This document shows positions 1-12,689 of a DNA stretch of 64,000 nucleotides, piece after piece. The stretch is taken from assembly GCF_009914755.1 (NCBI RefSeq), contig NC_060941.1. The stretch is one strand, 5' to 3'. Below the pieces are notes generated by a model that saw nothing but the letters and a program-made list of their open reading frames with translations, did not search any database and was not told the DNA's origin. Position 1 is the first letter of the stretch; each line of letters starts with the position of its first letter. A program made the translations under genes and the position numbers. Origin of the DNA: the human T2T-CHM13v2.0 reference genome, Homo sapiens.

Positions 1-19
1 TGCTGTTAAGGGATTGGCA

Positions 20-130
20 ACTTTGAATCAAGTCCCACCTTTCTCATTAATTCTTGATGTTGACCTTGAGCATTTCACTTTACCTTTTCTGACCTTCATT
101 TTCCCCCTGCCTCTTCTATAAAATGAATCT
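20..130 (+). mobile_element. MIR fragment
   Basis: Degenerate MIR core TGACCTTGAGCATTTCACTTTACCTTTTCTGACCTTCATTTT...TATAAAATG. Confidence 0.55.
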
Positions 131-134
131 GGGG

Positions 135-230
135 TACGACTATAGAGGGAGTGGCTGAGTTAGGATGGAGGAAAAAAATCAGTGGAAAAGATGAGGTCAA
201 GGAACTGACTCACAAAGCCTATGATGACAG
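135..230 (-). mobile_element. L2 ORF2 endonuclease-region fragment
   Basis: Similar to 3421-3500 in this window; minus strand reads roughly QFLDLIFSTD.FLHPNSAT. Confidence 0.6.
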
Positions 231-1046
231 GTGATGATAATGACCAACAGCACAAGGAGCCACCTTTGGGCTCCAGGATAGGAAGCTTGATTCAAGATGA
301 TGTCCTAACCACCATGGTCCCAAAAAAGGCTGAAGGATGCTGGTTGGTGAGGGTGTTGGTGGAAAGTTCTTTTCCGTGGCATTACAACTCCAAGGTATGG
401 GAATTGAGGATCTAACCACCAGGCTGGCATAGATTCTTCTTGAATTTGTCTTCTTGTTCCACAGGGAATGGCAAGGAACCTGAGGAACCAGCGTGAGGAA
501 AACCTGGATGATCTGACGTCTTCCTCACTTTATCCCTACCTGTCCACGCCTCCATCCATCCACCCATCCATCACTGATCAAGCTCTCACTATGTCTATAG
601 TGTAGAAGGTGCCACCAAATGCAATGGAACCTCTTGTCTCATGTGTCTACTTGCATCTTTAAGTTGATACACGGAAGGCACAGTCCAAGCACAGGATACT
701 GGAAGCTATGGAGGTACAGTGGCCTCTGAGCAAACTGAAAACTCTCTATCACTAAAGGGTTGGACATACAGGGTATCTCCTCTGCTCTGCCACCTACCTT
801 GAGGATGCTTTACATGTGGCTAAAAGTGGAGGCAGAGATATTTGGATAAATAAATGCTAGAGAATTGGAAATTCCTAGGACAAGTCAATTTGGATATGTC
901 TATGTCATCCTTTTTTTTCTAAGAGACACGTAACTCTGATCCTTAAGGAGTTAGAGAGTTCCCATAGCTTAGGGTCTGGAAGCCATATTCCTTTTTATGT
1001 AACATCCTTGAATATGCTACTCGTATACCCTAAATTTACTCTGTAA

Positions 1047-1347
1047 TTTTTTTTTTTTTTTATTTGAGAGGGAGTCTCACTCTGCTGCCTATCCTGAAGT
1101 GCAGTGGTGTGATCTTCACTCACTGCAACCTCCTCCACCCAAGTTCAAGCGATTTTCCCACCTCAGGCTCCTGAGTACCTGGGATTACAGGCACATGCCA
1201 CCACACCCGGCTAATTTTTGTGTTTCTAGTAGAAGCGGGATTTCACCATGTTGGCCAGGCTGGTCTCGAACTCCTGACCTCAGGTAACCCACCCACCTTA
1301 GCCTCCCAAAATGTTGGGATTTCAGGCATGAGCCACCATGCCTGGCC
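1047..1347 (-). mobile_element. AluS
   Basis: Poly-T followed by full reverse Alu dimer ending CCTGGCC. Confidence 0.95.
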
Positions 1348-1883
1348 TATAATTATTCTTCACAACATATTTCAGCAATAGGATTAATTATATGTGTCAT
1401 TAATTATTCAATGTTTGTCTGTCTTACTAAAGTGTGAGCTCCAAAAGGACAGGAGCTTACCACAAATAGCTACAAATTACCTATACACATCCTAGGTACT
1501 GTTTTAAGCCCTTCAGATACAACCTGCTCACCCAGAACTCCCATTCTGGTTCCAGGATGGGGACAAAGGGAATTGCTACCTAACACAGTTGTCAGAAAAA
1601 GTCTCTCAAATCAGGTTGCATGAAAACGGAGACTGAAAGCAGTGAAGGACCATATCATGAAGCTCTCTGGGAGGAGGGGCATTTAAAGAAGAGAAAATGG
1701 AAAGTGCAAAGGTTTTGAGGGCTGGAACATGTTTGGTATATTCAAGGAACAGCAAGAAGACCAATGCAACTGTTGCAGAATAATCCCATGTGAGAGTGGT
1801 GGAAGATGAAATCAGAGAGGTAGCAGGTGGCCCTAGCTTTTACTCTGAGTGCGACGGGAAGCTGTTTTTGAGCAAGGGGAGAA

Positions 1884-1902
1884 AGACAGAGAGAGAGAGA
1901 GA

Positions 1903-1933
<31 letters not shown>
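1884..1933. repeat. (GA)n microsatellite
   Basis: Directly visible GA run with CA/AA interruptions. Confidence 0.95.
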
Positions 1934-1934
<1 letters not shown>

Positions 1935-3989
1935 ATTGGGAGGTATGTGACTGGGAGGTATGTGACTCAGGAGTTGGGTTTTGTTCGTTTAAAGTTTGAG
2001 ATGTGTGTTAAGAATCCAGCTGAGATGTAAAGTTGGGTTGAGGCATGTGGAATTCAGGAGAGAGGTCTAGCAGGAGAGATAAACCTGGGAGCCATCAGTG
2101 TAAATTGCATTTAACACCATGAGCCTGAAAGAGGTCTTAGAGAGGTCTCTAGTGAGAAGGGTAGACCAGGAAAAGAAAGCCGAGGGCTGGGTCTGGGGCC
2201 ATTGATGTTCAGACGTCTGAGATCTGAGCAGGGACCAGGAGAAACAACCAAGAAGGAGTGGCCAGTGATGTAGAAGGAGACTCTAGAGAAAAGAGCATCC
2301 TGGAGGCAAATCATAAAAGACTTTCAGGAAGAAGGTAGGGACAAAAATTGTCAAATGTTTCTGAGAGACTGAGTAAGATGAAGACCGAGAATTGATGATT
2401 GGGCTTTGTAACATGGAGGTATTGGAAACCTAGATAAGGGCTGTTTTGGTGAGGTGATGGGCAAAAAAGCCCAAAAGCATTGAGTTCAAGATGGAAAAAG
2501 AGGTCAGAAATTGGAGACCATTCTGCAAAGGAGAGCAGAGAAATGAGTGGGAACTAGAAGTAGGTAAAGGGTGAGCAAAGGGTTTGTGTTTTGCATTGGA
2601 TGGAAAAGGTCAAGAAGAGAGAGAAAATTTGATGGTGCAGGAGACAGCGTGGCTGACCGATCAATGACCTTGTTATTGAAAAAGAGAATGAGGACCTAGG
2701 GTTCAAGCAGAAGGGCTGGCATTAGAGCTTTCAGTTCATCTGTGATGTTGAGTGGGAATGCAGAGCTTCTAGGACAAATGCCCTGAGGGTGGTAGATGTC
2801 TTGGTGGAAGCCTGCAACATTTTCTTCTGATTGCTTCTATTTTCTTAGTCCAGAGTGAGGAGGAGAAAGAAGTTACAAAATAATAGTTTAGTCTCTTAAT
2901 TGGATTTTCTCCAATCACACTAGGCAGAAAAGCATATAAATGGATGACTTGCGAAATGGAGTAGGATTGGAAGGTAGCATTTGGGCCCCTTGAGGTAGGA
3001 TCTCATGCATTTGAAATAGGCCAGTCAATATGCTTGCGTATTTTTCTCCCACTAAGTTCAGCTGCTTGGATAAAGGTTCAGAATAGTTAGAGAGTGAGAT
3101 TTAATAAGGGTTGAGGGTTTTTTTTCCTAGGTGAGAATTAGGGAGTGAGGAAAAAAGGAGCTGGAGTATGTTCTGGGGAGTAATGGTAACAGCACCTACT
3201 TGAATGGAAGCTGGATAAGAAGAGTGAGGCAATGGAGGAGTTGAGGGACAGTACAACCATGTATTGATCATATATTTAGATATAATCATGTATTTAGTTT
3301 ATAGAGGGGTCAATAATTTTTGGAATTGGCAAACTGAAAATGAGAAGTGGTGGTTGGAAAGTAGGATTCTTAGAATTGAGATAACAGAGTGCAGTTACTT
3401 GTGTAAAAAGGTCTAGGGCATGACTATAAGGGAGAGTGGATGAGTTAGGATGGAGGAAAACAATCCCCAGAAAAGAGGAGGTCATGGAATGGGCAGTCCA
3501 GGGCTTTGCAGGGATTTCTCTATGGAAAGCAAAATCACTGAGAATCACAGCTGAGGTAGTATGGGAGAGGGTGACCATGACCCAGGTGCCGGGATCTTGT
3601 AGAAATGAGGGGAATGACACAGGGCTCAATAGTTGACTATGACAAGGAGGGTAGTGGGTTGTTCGGTATGGCCGCATGACCCTTAAAACCGGGAGTGTTG
3701 GGGGCAGTGGTATGGAAGATCAGTAACGGGCAAAAAGGAGTAATGGGCAAAAAGGAGCCCTGCCTCACCTCCAGGCCCAGTGGAACAAGGGGTATGGGAA
3801 TGAAAAAATCAGCTGCCTTTTCAGAGGACAGCAGGGGAAATGGTGTCTTTGCGGGGAGCTTTGAGATTTTCTTAGGGGCTAGTTCTGGAACCCAGTGGAT
3901 GCGGAGCCCTCCTAATGCTTCCTCCCTGTTGTTGCCTCTGTTGCTGCTTCCTGGAGTTGTGTCTTTGACCACAGACCATTCTGTACTAC

Positions 3990-4240
3990 TGTATATCACA
4001 GTGGTTACATACACAGGGTTTGGGCTCCAACTGTCTCGATTCAAGTCCTGTGTTTCTAATGCACTACTTCTCAATTCTGTGATCTTGGGTTAATTAATCG
4101 ACCTCTTTGTGCTTCTGTTTCCTCATCAAAAGATAGAATGGTAATGGGCTTACGGAATTGTTGTGAAGTTCAGGCAATAGATATAGGAGCTGTGCTTGCA
4201 CTAGACTTGGGACAGTGGTTGCACATATAAATGTTTGCTA
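3990..4240 (+). mobile_element. MIR
   Basis: TGTGATCTTGGGTTAATTAATCGACCTCTTTGTGCTTCTGTTTCCTCATC core and ATAAATGTTTGCTATTA tail. Confidence 0.75.
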
Positions 4241-5194
4241 TTAATATAATTATTTTTCCATCACATTCTGCTCTTGATGGCCCCCTTATTCGGTGAGGGC
4301 AGAAAGGTAAGGGGAATGTTTACAGTTGCAATCGAAGATAAAGAGATTTTGCTGATAATAGATCATGCATTCCAGTGACCCAGTGGGTGGGTTTGGGAAG
4401 TTGGGGGTAGTCAGATTATGGGGTTCACAGAGGTTTAGGGGATGAAAGGCAGGGTACTGAGGGATGAGTTTAGGGAGTCCTGCTGTCAGAATGGCAGGGC
4501 TGGGTGAAGGGTGATCTTGCCTGGACAGTGCAGAACTCAGGGGCCTCCTCTTGACTTTGACTTCCACTGATGAACATGGTCAGTGTGGTTCACTGGCATA
4601 TCCCTGGGGTCTAGCCAAGCTCTTGCTGCATCCTTGCCAAATAAACAAAAGATGCTTCTGAGGAGGCACATGCTGTTATGAGTTTTCCTATCGGCTCTGC
4701 TTCTTCTAACACCTCACACTACCCTTTTGGAAATCTGTCTAAGCTCTTGGTCAGATTCCCTCTGAATTTCACCGAGCATGTTGACACACCTCTGTACCTG
4801 TGATTGTCTTGCCTGTAAATAGTTGTACTTGCAGTTCACCTCACCCAGAGCTGAGATAAAAGGTGTCACATAATGTTCCCAGAGTCCTGTCTCATATTGC
4901 CCGAGCAGATGCTACTGTTGCAGTGATAACCAAAAATGTTAAAATTGAGACCACAAGGACTTGTTGAGCATTGTAGTTTTCTGACAGGACAGATAGTTCC
5001 TTTCTTCCTTGGCTCAATGCTTGAGACTTCATCAGACACAGAACTTTCCTGCCGCTGTGCCCCACAGCTGCCCATCCTCACCTGCTCAGGGCTGTCTGCT
5101 CTTAGATTATGGGCTGTGCTGTTCAGCTCTCTGGTGAGCTAATTCAAGACCTGGATCCTAGGGTCTGTTGCAGATGGTCATACAGGAGTCACAG

Positions 5195-5445
5195 ACTGGA
5201 TAGAAAATTACCCACAGGCATATGCTGTTTGGATCACATAGTGTTTTGCAAATCAGGAAATTTCATGCAAAATTACAGATTAATGACTTTTTTTTTTTTT
5301 TTTTTTTTTTGTGGGCAGAGGAATATAAAAAGACCCAGGCACAGGAACTCTGACATTCTACATAGCAACCATTGGCTAGAGTTGAGTCATGGCGCCCCCT
5401 GCAGATGGAGTACATACTTTAAGTCATTACATATCCCTCCAAGTA
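5195..5445. mobile_element. MER102-like hAT element
   Basis: GCAACCATTGGCTAGAGTTGAGT...GCCCCCTGCAGATGGAG resembles recalled MER102 consensus. Confidence 0.6.
5390..5408 (-). promoter_or_regulatory. Candidate CTCF motif
   Basis: Minus strand CCATCTGCAGGGGGCGCCA versus consensus TGGCCACCAGGGGGCGCTA. Confidence 0.45.
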
Positions 5446-5461
5446 AGCCTCTTGGGACTAC

Positions 5462-5763
<302 letters not shown>

Positions 5764-5839
5764 CAATTTTTTTTTAGGTGCCAAAATAAATGCGAGATTC
5801 TATTTTCTGCTTAGGAACACCCGTAGGTGGTTATGTATT

Positions 5840-8078
5840 TCTTTTTCAACTTTTATTTTAGAATCAGGGGGTACATGTTCAGGTTTGTTACTTGGACATG
5901 TTGCATGATGTTAAGGTTTAGGTATGATTGATCCCATCATGCAGATAGTGAACATAGTAGCCAATAGGTAGTTTTTCAATCTTTGCCTCCCTCTCTTTCC
6001 CCTCTAGTGGTTCCCAGTGTTTATTGTTCCCTTCTTTATGTCCATGAATACCAATTGTTTAGTTCCCATGCAGTATTTGTTTTTCTGTTCCTTCATTAAT
6101 TCGCTTAGGATAACAGCCTCCAGTTGCATCCATGTTGCTTCAAAGGACATGGTTTTGTTCTTTTTTATGGCTGCATAGCATTCCATGATGTATATGTATC
6201 ACATTTTATTTATCCAAACTGTCACTGATGAGCACTGGTGTTGATTCCCTGTCTTTGCTATTGTGAATAGTGCTGTGATGAACATACACGTGCATGTGTC
6301 ACCCATCCAAGTACTAACCAGGCCTGACCCTGCTTAGCTTCTGAGATCAGATGAGATCAGGCATGTTCAGGATGGTATGTCCTTGTGTCTTTTTGGTAGA
6401 ATGATTTATTTCTTTTGAATATACATCCAGTAATGGTATTACTAGGTCAAATGGTAGTTCTGTTTTAAGTTCTTTGAGAAGTCTGCAAACTGCTTTCCAC
6501 AGTGGCTGAACTAATTTACATTCCCACCAACAATGTATAAGCATTTTCCTTTCTCCACAGCCTCTCCAGCATCTGCTGTTTGTTGACTTTTTAATAATGG
6601 CCGTTCTGACTCATGTGAGATGCTATCTCATTGTGGTTTTGACTTGCATTAATCTGTTGATTAATGATAATGAGCATTTTTCCATATGTTTGTTGGCTGC
6701 TTGTATGTCTTCTTTTGAGAAGTGTCTGTCCATGTCCTTTGCCCACTTTTTAAGGATGTTATTTGTTTTTTGCTTGTTGATTTATTTAAGTTACTTATAG
6801 GTTCTGGATATTTGACCTTTGTTGGATGCATAGTTTGTAAGTATTTTCTCCCATTGCGTAGGTTGTCTGTTTACTCTGTTGGTAATTTCTTTTGCTGTGT
6901 AGTTCTTTAGTTTCATTAGGTCCCAATTGTCAATTTTTGTTTTTGTTGCAATTGTTTTTGAGGACTTATTCATAAATTATTTCCCAAGGCTAATGTCCAG
7001 AATGGTGTTTCCTAGGTTTTCTTCTAGGATTCTTACAGTTCGAGGTCTTACCTTTAAGTCTTTAGTCCATCTTGAGTTAATTTTTGCATGTGGTGAAAGG
7101 TAGAGGTCCAGTTTCATTCTTCTGCATATGGCTAGCCAGTTATCCCAGCACCATTTATTGAATAGGGAGTCCCTTCCCCATTGCTTATTTTTCTAAACTT
7201 TGTCAAAGATCAGATGGTTGTAGGTGTGCAGCTTTATTTCTGAGTTCTCTATTCTGTTCCATTGGTCTATGTGTCTATTTTTGTACCCGTATCATGCTGT
7301 TTTGATTACTGTTGCCTTATAGTATAGTTTGAAGTTGGGTAGCGTGATGCCTCCAGCTTTGTTCTTTTTGATTAGCATTTCCTTGGCTGTTTGGGCTCTG
7401 TTTTGGTTCCAGATGAAGTTTAGAATTTTTTTGTGCTAATTCTGTAAAAAATGACATCAGTCACTTGATAGGAATAGCATTGAATATGTAGATTGCTTGG
7501 GGCAGTATGGTCAGGCTCTTTTTTGGTTTCTTGTGAATTTTAGAATAGTTTTTTCTAATTCTGTGAAAAATGACTTTGACAGTTTGGAATAGTGTTGGAC
7601 CTGTAAATTGCTTTGGGCGGTATGGTCATTTTAATGATGTTGATTCTTCCAATCCATTAGCTTGGGATGTTTTTACATTTATTTGTGTAGTCTGTGATTT
7701 CTTTTGGCAGTGTTTTGTAAGTCTCTTTGTAGAGATTTTTCACCTCTTTAGTTGACTATATTCCTAAGTATTTTATTCTTTTGTGGCTTTTGTAAGTGGG
7801 AATGTGTTCTTGATTTGGCTCTCAGCTTGAATGTTATTGGTGTATAGAAATGCTACTGATTTTTGTACATTGATTTTGCATCCTGAAACTTTACCAAAGT
7901 CATTTATGAGCTCTAGGGCCTTTTGGCACAGTCTTTAGGGTTTTCTAGGCATAGAATCATATCATCAGCAAAGATAGCTTGACTTCTTCTTTTCCTATTT
8001 GAATGCCTTTTATTTATTTCTCTTGCCTGATTTCTCTGGCTAGGACTTCCAGTGCTATGTTAAATGGGGATGGTGGGG
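5840..8078 (-). mobile_element. 5'-truncated L1PA15/16-like element (3' UTR plus ORF2 C-terminal region)
   Basis: ORF2 remnants [43 protein letters not shown]; L1PA16-type 3' UTR. Confidence 0.9.
6298..6384 (-). pseudogene. 5S rRNA retropseudogene, 3'-truncated and tailless, inserted in L1
   Basis: Reverse complement CATACCATCCTGAACATGCCTGATCTCATCTGATCTCAGAAGCTAAGCAGGGTCAGGCCTGGTTAGTACTTGGATGGGTGAC matches the 5' three quarters of 5S rRNA; TGTGTC duplicated at 6295-6300 and 6384-6389. Confidence 0.92.
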
Positions 8079-8520
8079 ACTCTTAATTTCTATATTATGG
8101 GTCTGCTTCTCGTAGGCATTGGAACTTATAACTCAAGCCAACCAACTAAGATAAAGGAATATTAGAGGGCATGTGCAGAGGATAAATAATCTGTGAACGA
8201 TTAATGACTGCATGAAATATCGATGGGTGAGCCAGTGAACAGCACTCAAACTCACCTGAGTATTTGTGAGAGTAAACAGCTTACATAATCTCAAAAAAAA
8301 AAAAAGGCAAAGAGCTAACTAACTGACACATTCTGCTCTTCCTGAAAATTTTAAACTTAAATCAGAAGCATGGAAAACTATTGCTTAAATCTTTACCTTA
8401 TACCATGGTTAACAAAGTATAAAACGCCCGATTCTTTCCCAGGATAGTGGAGAGTTTCACAGTTCCCTTTTTTCTTTCATGCTGTAGCAACACCAATTAT
8501 CACCTGCTGGACTCTTAATG

Positions 8521-8522
<2 letters not shown>

Positions 8523-8556
<34 letters not shown>
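8523..8556. repeat. (GT)17 microsatellite
   Basis: Direct. Confidence 0.97.
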
Positions 8557-8559
<3 letters not shown>

Positions 8560-8679
8560 GTCACCGGAAGCTTTTGAAACAGGTAGTGGGGTATTGAATG
8601 TTTTTTTGCCATAGCAGTGTAAAAACAGAACAGCCACATGATGGAGGTTGTTTATTTATTTTTCTCAAGAACAACTTAC

Positions 8680-8825
8680 CTTCTGACTAGCTGTGATCTT
8701 CAAGTGAGTTATTTAACTGCTCTGAGCCTCAGTTTTTATCTCTATAAATCTGAGAGTAATGGTTTTATCTCTCAGTGTTTTTGTGAGGATTAAATCATAT
8801 GCTCTCTGTGAGTGCCCAGCGTAGA
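8680..8825 (+). mobile_element. MIR
   Basis: CTAGCTGTGATCTT...TCTGAGCCTCAGTTTTTATCTCTATAAA...TGTGAGGATTAAAT. Confidence 0.8.
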
Positions 8826-9525
8826 CCCTCCATCGGAAAGGTTTCCAGTGAGTCTTTCTGTTCAGGACATTCATAACAAAAGCCTCCGAGCAGAGAACGA
8901 GCCCCTGGGGAGTGCCCACACAGTCAACCCCAACAGCCCAGTCTCTGAACCGTAGCCTCAGGAATGGGGATGCTGAGGTTCTGCCTTCTGGCAGTGGCAC
9001 AAACAGACCCTCCAGAGACAGCGGCTGTGCACCTGTTGATTTGGGTTAACTACCCTGGGGGATTTCTCTTCCTCCAAGAATAAGAAGTATCACACTGCTG
9101 CTCAGGGTGTTAATTTCTGCCAGGGAATAAGTGAAGAAAAATTATTTGGCCACAACCCTGATTCTGATGTCTATTTGCTAGGGGCCATTTCCCTTTGGGA
9201 AGTGGGCTGGTAAGCCTGGATTTTCTAAAGTAGTTCAGGTCAAAGCTATTCCTTCTCTATGAGTCATTAACCCTGTTGAGGTAATAAGTATTTATTGGGC
9301 ACAATCTTGTTGCCATGGGCAGCGTTAGGCTCTGGGAATGTGATGATGATCAAGATACACCTCAAGTAGCTGACAGTCTAGTGAGGGAGATGGATAAGTA
9401 GATGGACAATTAAATACATTCTTCTAAGTTCTGCTACAGCCAGGGAAAACTCAGGATCCCATGGGAGTTCATGGGAAGGGCAATAAAACCACTTTGGGAA
9501 AGTTTGGGAAGGCTTTTTGAAAGAG

Positions 9526-10460
9526 TGCTATGGTCCGCATGTTTGTGTCTCTTCAGAATTCATATGTTGAAGTCTTTTTTTGTTAAAATTTTTTTTTTAA
9601 CTTTTATTTTAAATTCAGGGGTAAATGCACATGTTTGTTACAGAGGTAAACTTGTTCCACAGGAGTTTGTTGTACAGATTATTTCATCACGCAGGTATTA
9701 AGCTTAGTACCCATTAGTTATTTTTCCTGAGTCTCTCCCTCCTCCCACCCTCCACACTAGGGTAGTTCCCAGTGTGTGTTGTTCCCCTCTATGTGTCCAT
9801 GTGTTCTCATCATTTAGCTCCCACTTATAAGTGAGAACATGTGGTACTTGGTTTTCTGTTCCTGAATTAGTTTGCTAAGGATAATGGCCTCCAGCTTCAT
9901 CCATATTCCTGCAAAGGACATGATCTCATTCTTTTTTATGGCTGTATAGTATTCCATGGTGTATATGTACCACATTTTCTTTATCCAGTCTACCATTAAT
10001 GAGCATTTAGGTTGATTCCATGTCTTTGCTATTGTGAGTACTGCTGCAATGAACATACACGTGCATGTGTCTTTATAATAGAACAGTTTATATTTCTTTG
10101 GGTGTATACCCAATAATGAGAGGAAGTCAAATATATGTTGAAATCTTAATCCCCAAAGCATTAAGAAGTGGATCCTCTAGGAGATGATTAGGTCAGGAAG
10201 GCAGAGCCTTCATAAATGGGATTAGTTCCCTTATAAGTGAGGTCTGAAGTAGACCCCTCATCCTTTCCACCATGTAAGGACATAGCCAGAAGGCACTGTT
10301 GGTGAATCAGGAAGGGGGCTTTCACCAGACGTTGAATCTTCCAGCACACTGACCTTGGACTTCCCAATCTCCAGAACTGTGAGCAACAAGTTTCTATAGT
10401 TTCTAAGCAATCCAGTTTATGGTATTTTTTTAAAAATAGTAGCCCAAACTGATTAAGACA
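9526..10460 (+). mobile_element. MLT1A-type MaLR solo LTR, interrupted by L1
   Basis: TGCTATGG start, ...AAGACA end, perfect 5-bp TSD AAGAG (9521-9525, 10461-10465). Confidence 0.85.
9577..10132 (-). mobile_element. Short L1PA13-like 3' end
   Basis: ORF2 C-terminal KDTCTCMFIAAVLTIAKTWNQPKC; TSD ATATGTTGAAGTCTT (9562-9576) and ATATGTTGAAATCTT (10133-10147). Confidence 0.9.
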
Positions 10461-11536
10461 AAGAGGTAAGTTCAATTTGAGACACGAAGGATAAATAGGA
10501 GTAGCCAGAACAACAAGGGTGGGGATGACAATTCAAGCAAAGGGAATGGGCTGTGCAAAATCCCCGAAGCAGGTGCACACAGCAGGTTTAGAGGCTTTCC
10601 AGTGCTCATCGTGACCAGAGTGCCGCTGGAAAGCCTCAGAGAGGTGGGTCAGGAAAGCAAGGTCACAGACTGAAAAGCTTTGTTTTCCGTACTAGGGAGT
10701 TTGGATTTATTCCATGAATTGTTTCAGATATTCCAACAGTTTTGGGCCCAGTCTGCATCTCTGAGACAATTTCACACATCTAGAAGTTGTACACATCTTC
10801 CCTTTTGAAATGCACGGTCACTATATCTGCCTGCTCAGGAATGGTTGTGCTCTTGATGCAGAAACAAGATATCCTAGGCACACACTATTCACGTTTTTGA
10901 AGGCAGTCCCTTATAGATGTGCTCCATGGTCAGAACAATGCATCCCAAAATTCGATTTGGAGAAACTGACATCTATATACATAGCATGAAAAAAATCCTG
11001 CTGCTCCTGCTACTACCAATGATGTTACCTATCCTCCCATCTCTGAATTTTCAAGAGTTTAAAATGTGGCAAGTGCTCATTTCCTAGACCTCAAACTCAG
11101 GTTTGCAAAATAAAAGACAATTATCTTTTTATTTCCATAACTGAATTTGATTTCTACCTCCAGCTCCATGTCACTGACAATGAATGTTTAATCTTAGCCG
11201 TTTTAGGAAAACTAATTAATTCAACATTTTTCTCAATCAGATCACAGCTCCCCCTTTTCCTCCTCCCTCCACAATTGTATTTAATTTCGAGGAGACTTGA
11301 CTACCAGGAAGCCGTTGGGAATTGTTTCTGATTCTTGGCCATCACGTCTTCTCTTCTGCATCTCTACCACATCCTCACTCCCATTGGCTCTGTTGTCAAT
11401 GCCCATTTTGCTGACCTCCTTTGCGATATCCAAGTTTTCATCTTTTCCCTGGTGGTTAGTCCATAAAGTTCACTTTGCAGCCTCACAAGACAACAAGGGG
11501 ACATTAGGGCTCATCAACCCTAAAAATCGAATGGGA

Positions 11537-11842
11537 GTCCAGGTGCAGTGGCTCACGCCTGTAATCCCAGCATTTTGGGAGGCCGAGGCAGGCAGATCAC
11601 TTGAGGCCAGGAGTTTGAGACCAGCCTGGTCAACATGGCAAAAACCTGTTTCTACTAAAAACACAAAAATTAGCCAGGCATGATGCCACACACCTGTAAT
11701 CCCAGATACTCAGGGGGCTGAGGCACGAGAATTGAGAATTGCTTGATCCTGGGGGGTGGAGGTTGCAGTGAACTGAGATGGTGCCACTGCACTCCAGCCT
11801 GGGTGACAGAGTGAGATTCTGTCTCAAAAAAAAAAAAAAAAA
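11537..11842 (+). mobile_element. Alu (Sz/J-like)
   Basis: Full dimer with poly-A. Confidence 0.95.
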
Positions 11843-12689
11843 CATTAAATGGGAAGCATCTGACCTACTTTTTTTTACTGCATGGGGCCTGGGAGGTCAA
11901 GCCTGTTTCCCCGGACCCTTCAGGCCAATTCTCCATCACTGTGGCTCCATGGTAGGATACAGATGGAGAATTCCCAGACCTTGCTTATTTGCCTCAGCCC
12001 TGCTAAGCAGGTAAGTGTGGGTTCCTTCTGCTCTTGGGCTTATGGTTCTTCCCAGCACCATGGACTTGACCCCAGAGGATCAGGACACAGAGGCTTCTCT
12101 CAGACCACTCCTAGTTTCACCCTCTTTCTACTTAAGAGATTTTAATCTAATATGAGTGGAGGTAAAAGCTGGCTCTGACTGGTCATGAAATCTTTTTGCT
12201 TAACTAAACTTTAGGCCCTGAGTCTTACTAGGCTCTGCTTTGGAATTCCAAAATCCCTTTCCTGTCAAACTTTTGTCTCTGCCATAAGTTCAAATGTTCA
12301 TTTGGAAAAGGAAATCTAAGCATGATTTTTTTTTCTTTTTCCTTTTTGCTGATGTAACACCCTTCCCCAACGGCAGTTGGAATAGAATGGCCTCCCCATT
12401 GGTCAAGGAAAGGTAGGCATAAAGCAGTCCCCAGGCAAAACTCTCATAGGTGATCTCTAATAGAATATCCCTCTACAAAAGAGTTACTCATTGAGAATTG
12501 TAAAACAAGAGGCACTCACGAATATTAGACTGGACTGCAGCATGGAGAAGACAAGCTGAGTGTTGTCCATGGCCTAGAATGCTAGGTGTAAGGGAACCAT
12601 TTACTTTCTTCTCTGCTCAAGAGGCATTATCAGAATGTAAGTGATTGAAATGCTTGGAATACTCTGCCTGATAAGAATGTCTTTGTATA

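Larger units (their letters stand above)
1560..4480 (-). mobile_element. Long L2 fossil from the 3' region through RT to the APE endonuclease, interrupted by (GA)n and a MIR
   Basis: RT-like SVFILLSLSETFDN at about 2345-2390; endonuclease-like VILSDF and HPNSSTLPYSHALDLFT in ORF 3294..3677; HSHTPCSTGPGG near 3770-3800; YLSALTE at about 4290. Confidence 0.8.
9280..10720 (-). mobile_element. L2 3' portion split by MLT1A and L1 insertions
   Basis: TAAGTATTTATTGGGCAC...CTAGTGAGGGAGA before 9520 and L2-like continuation after 10465. Confidence 0.6.
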
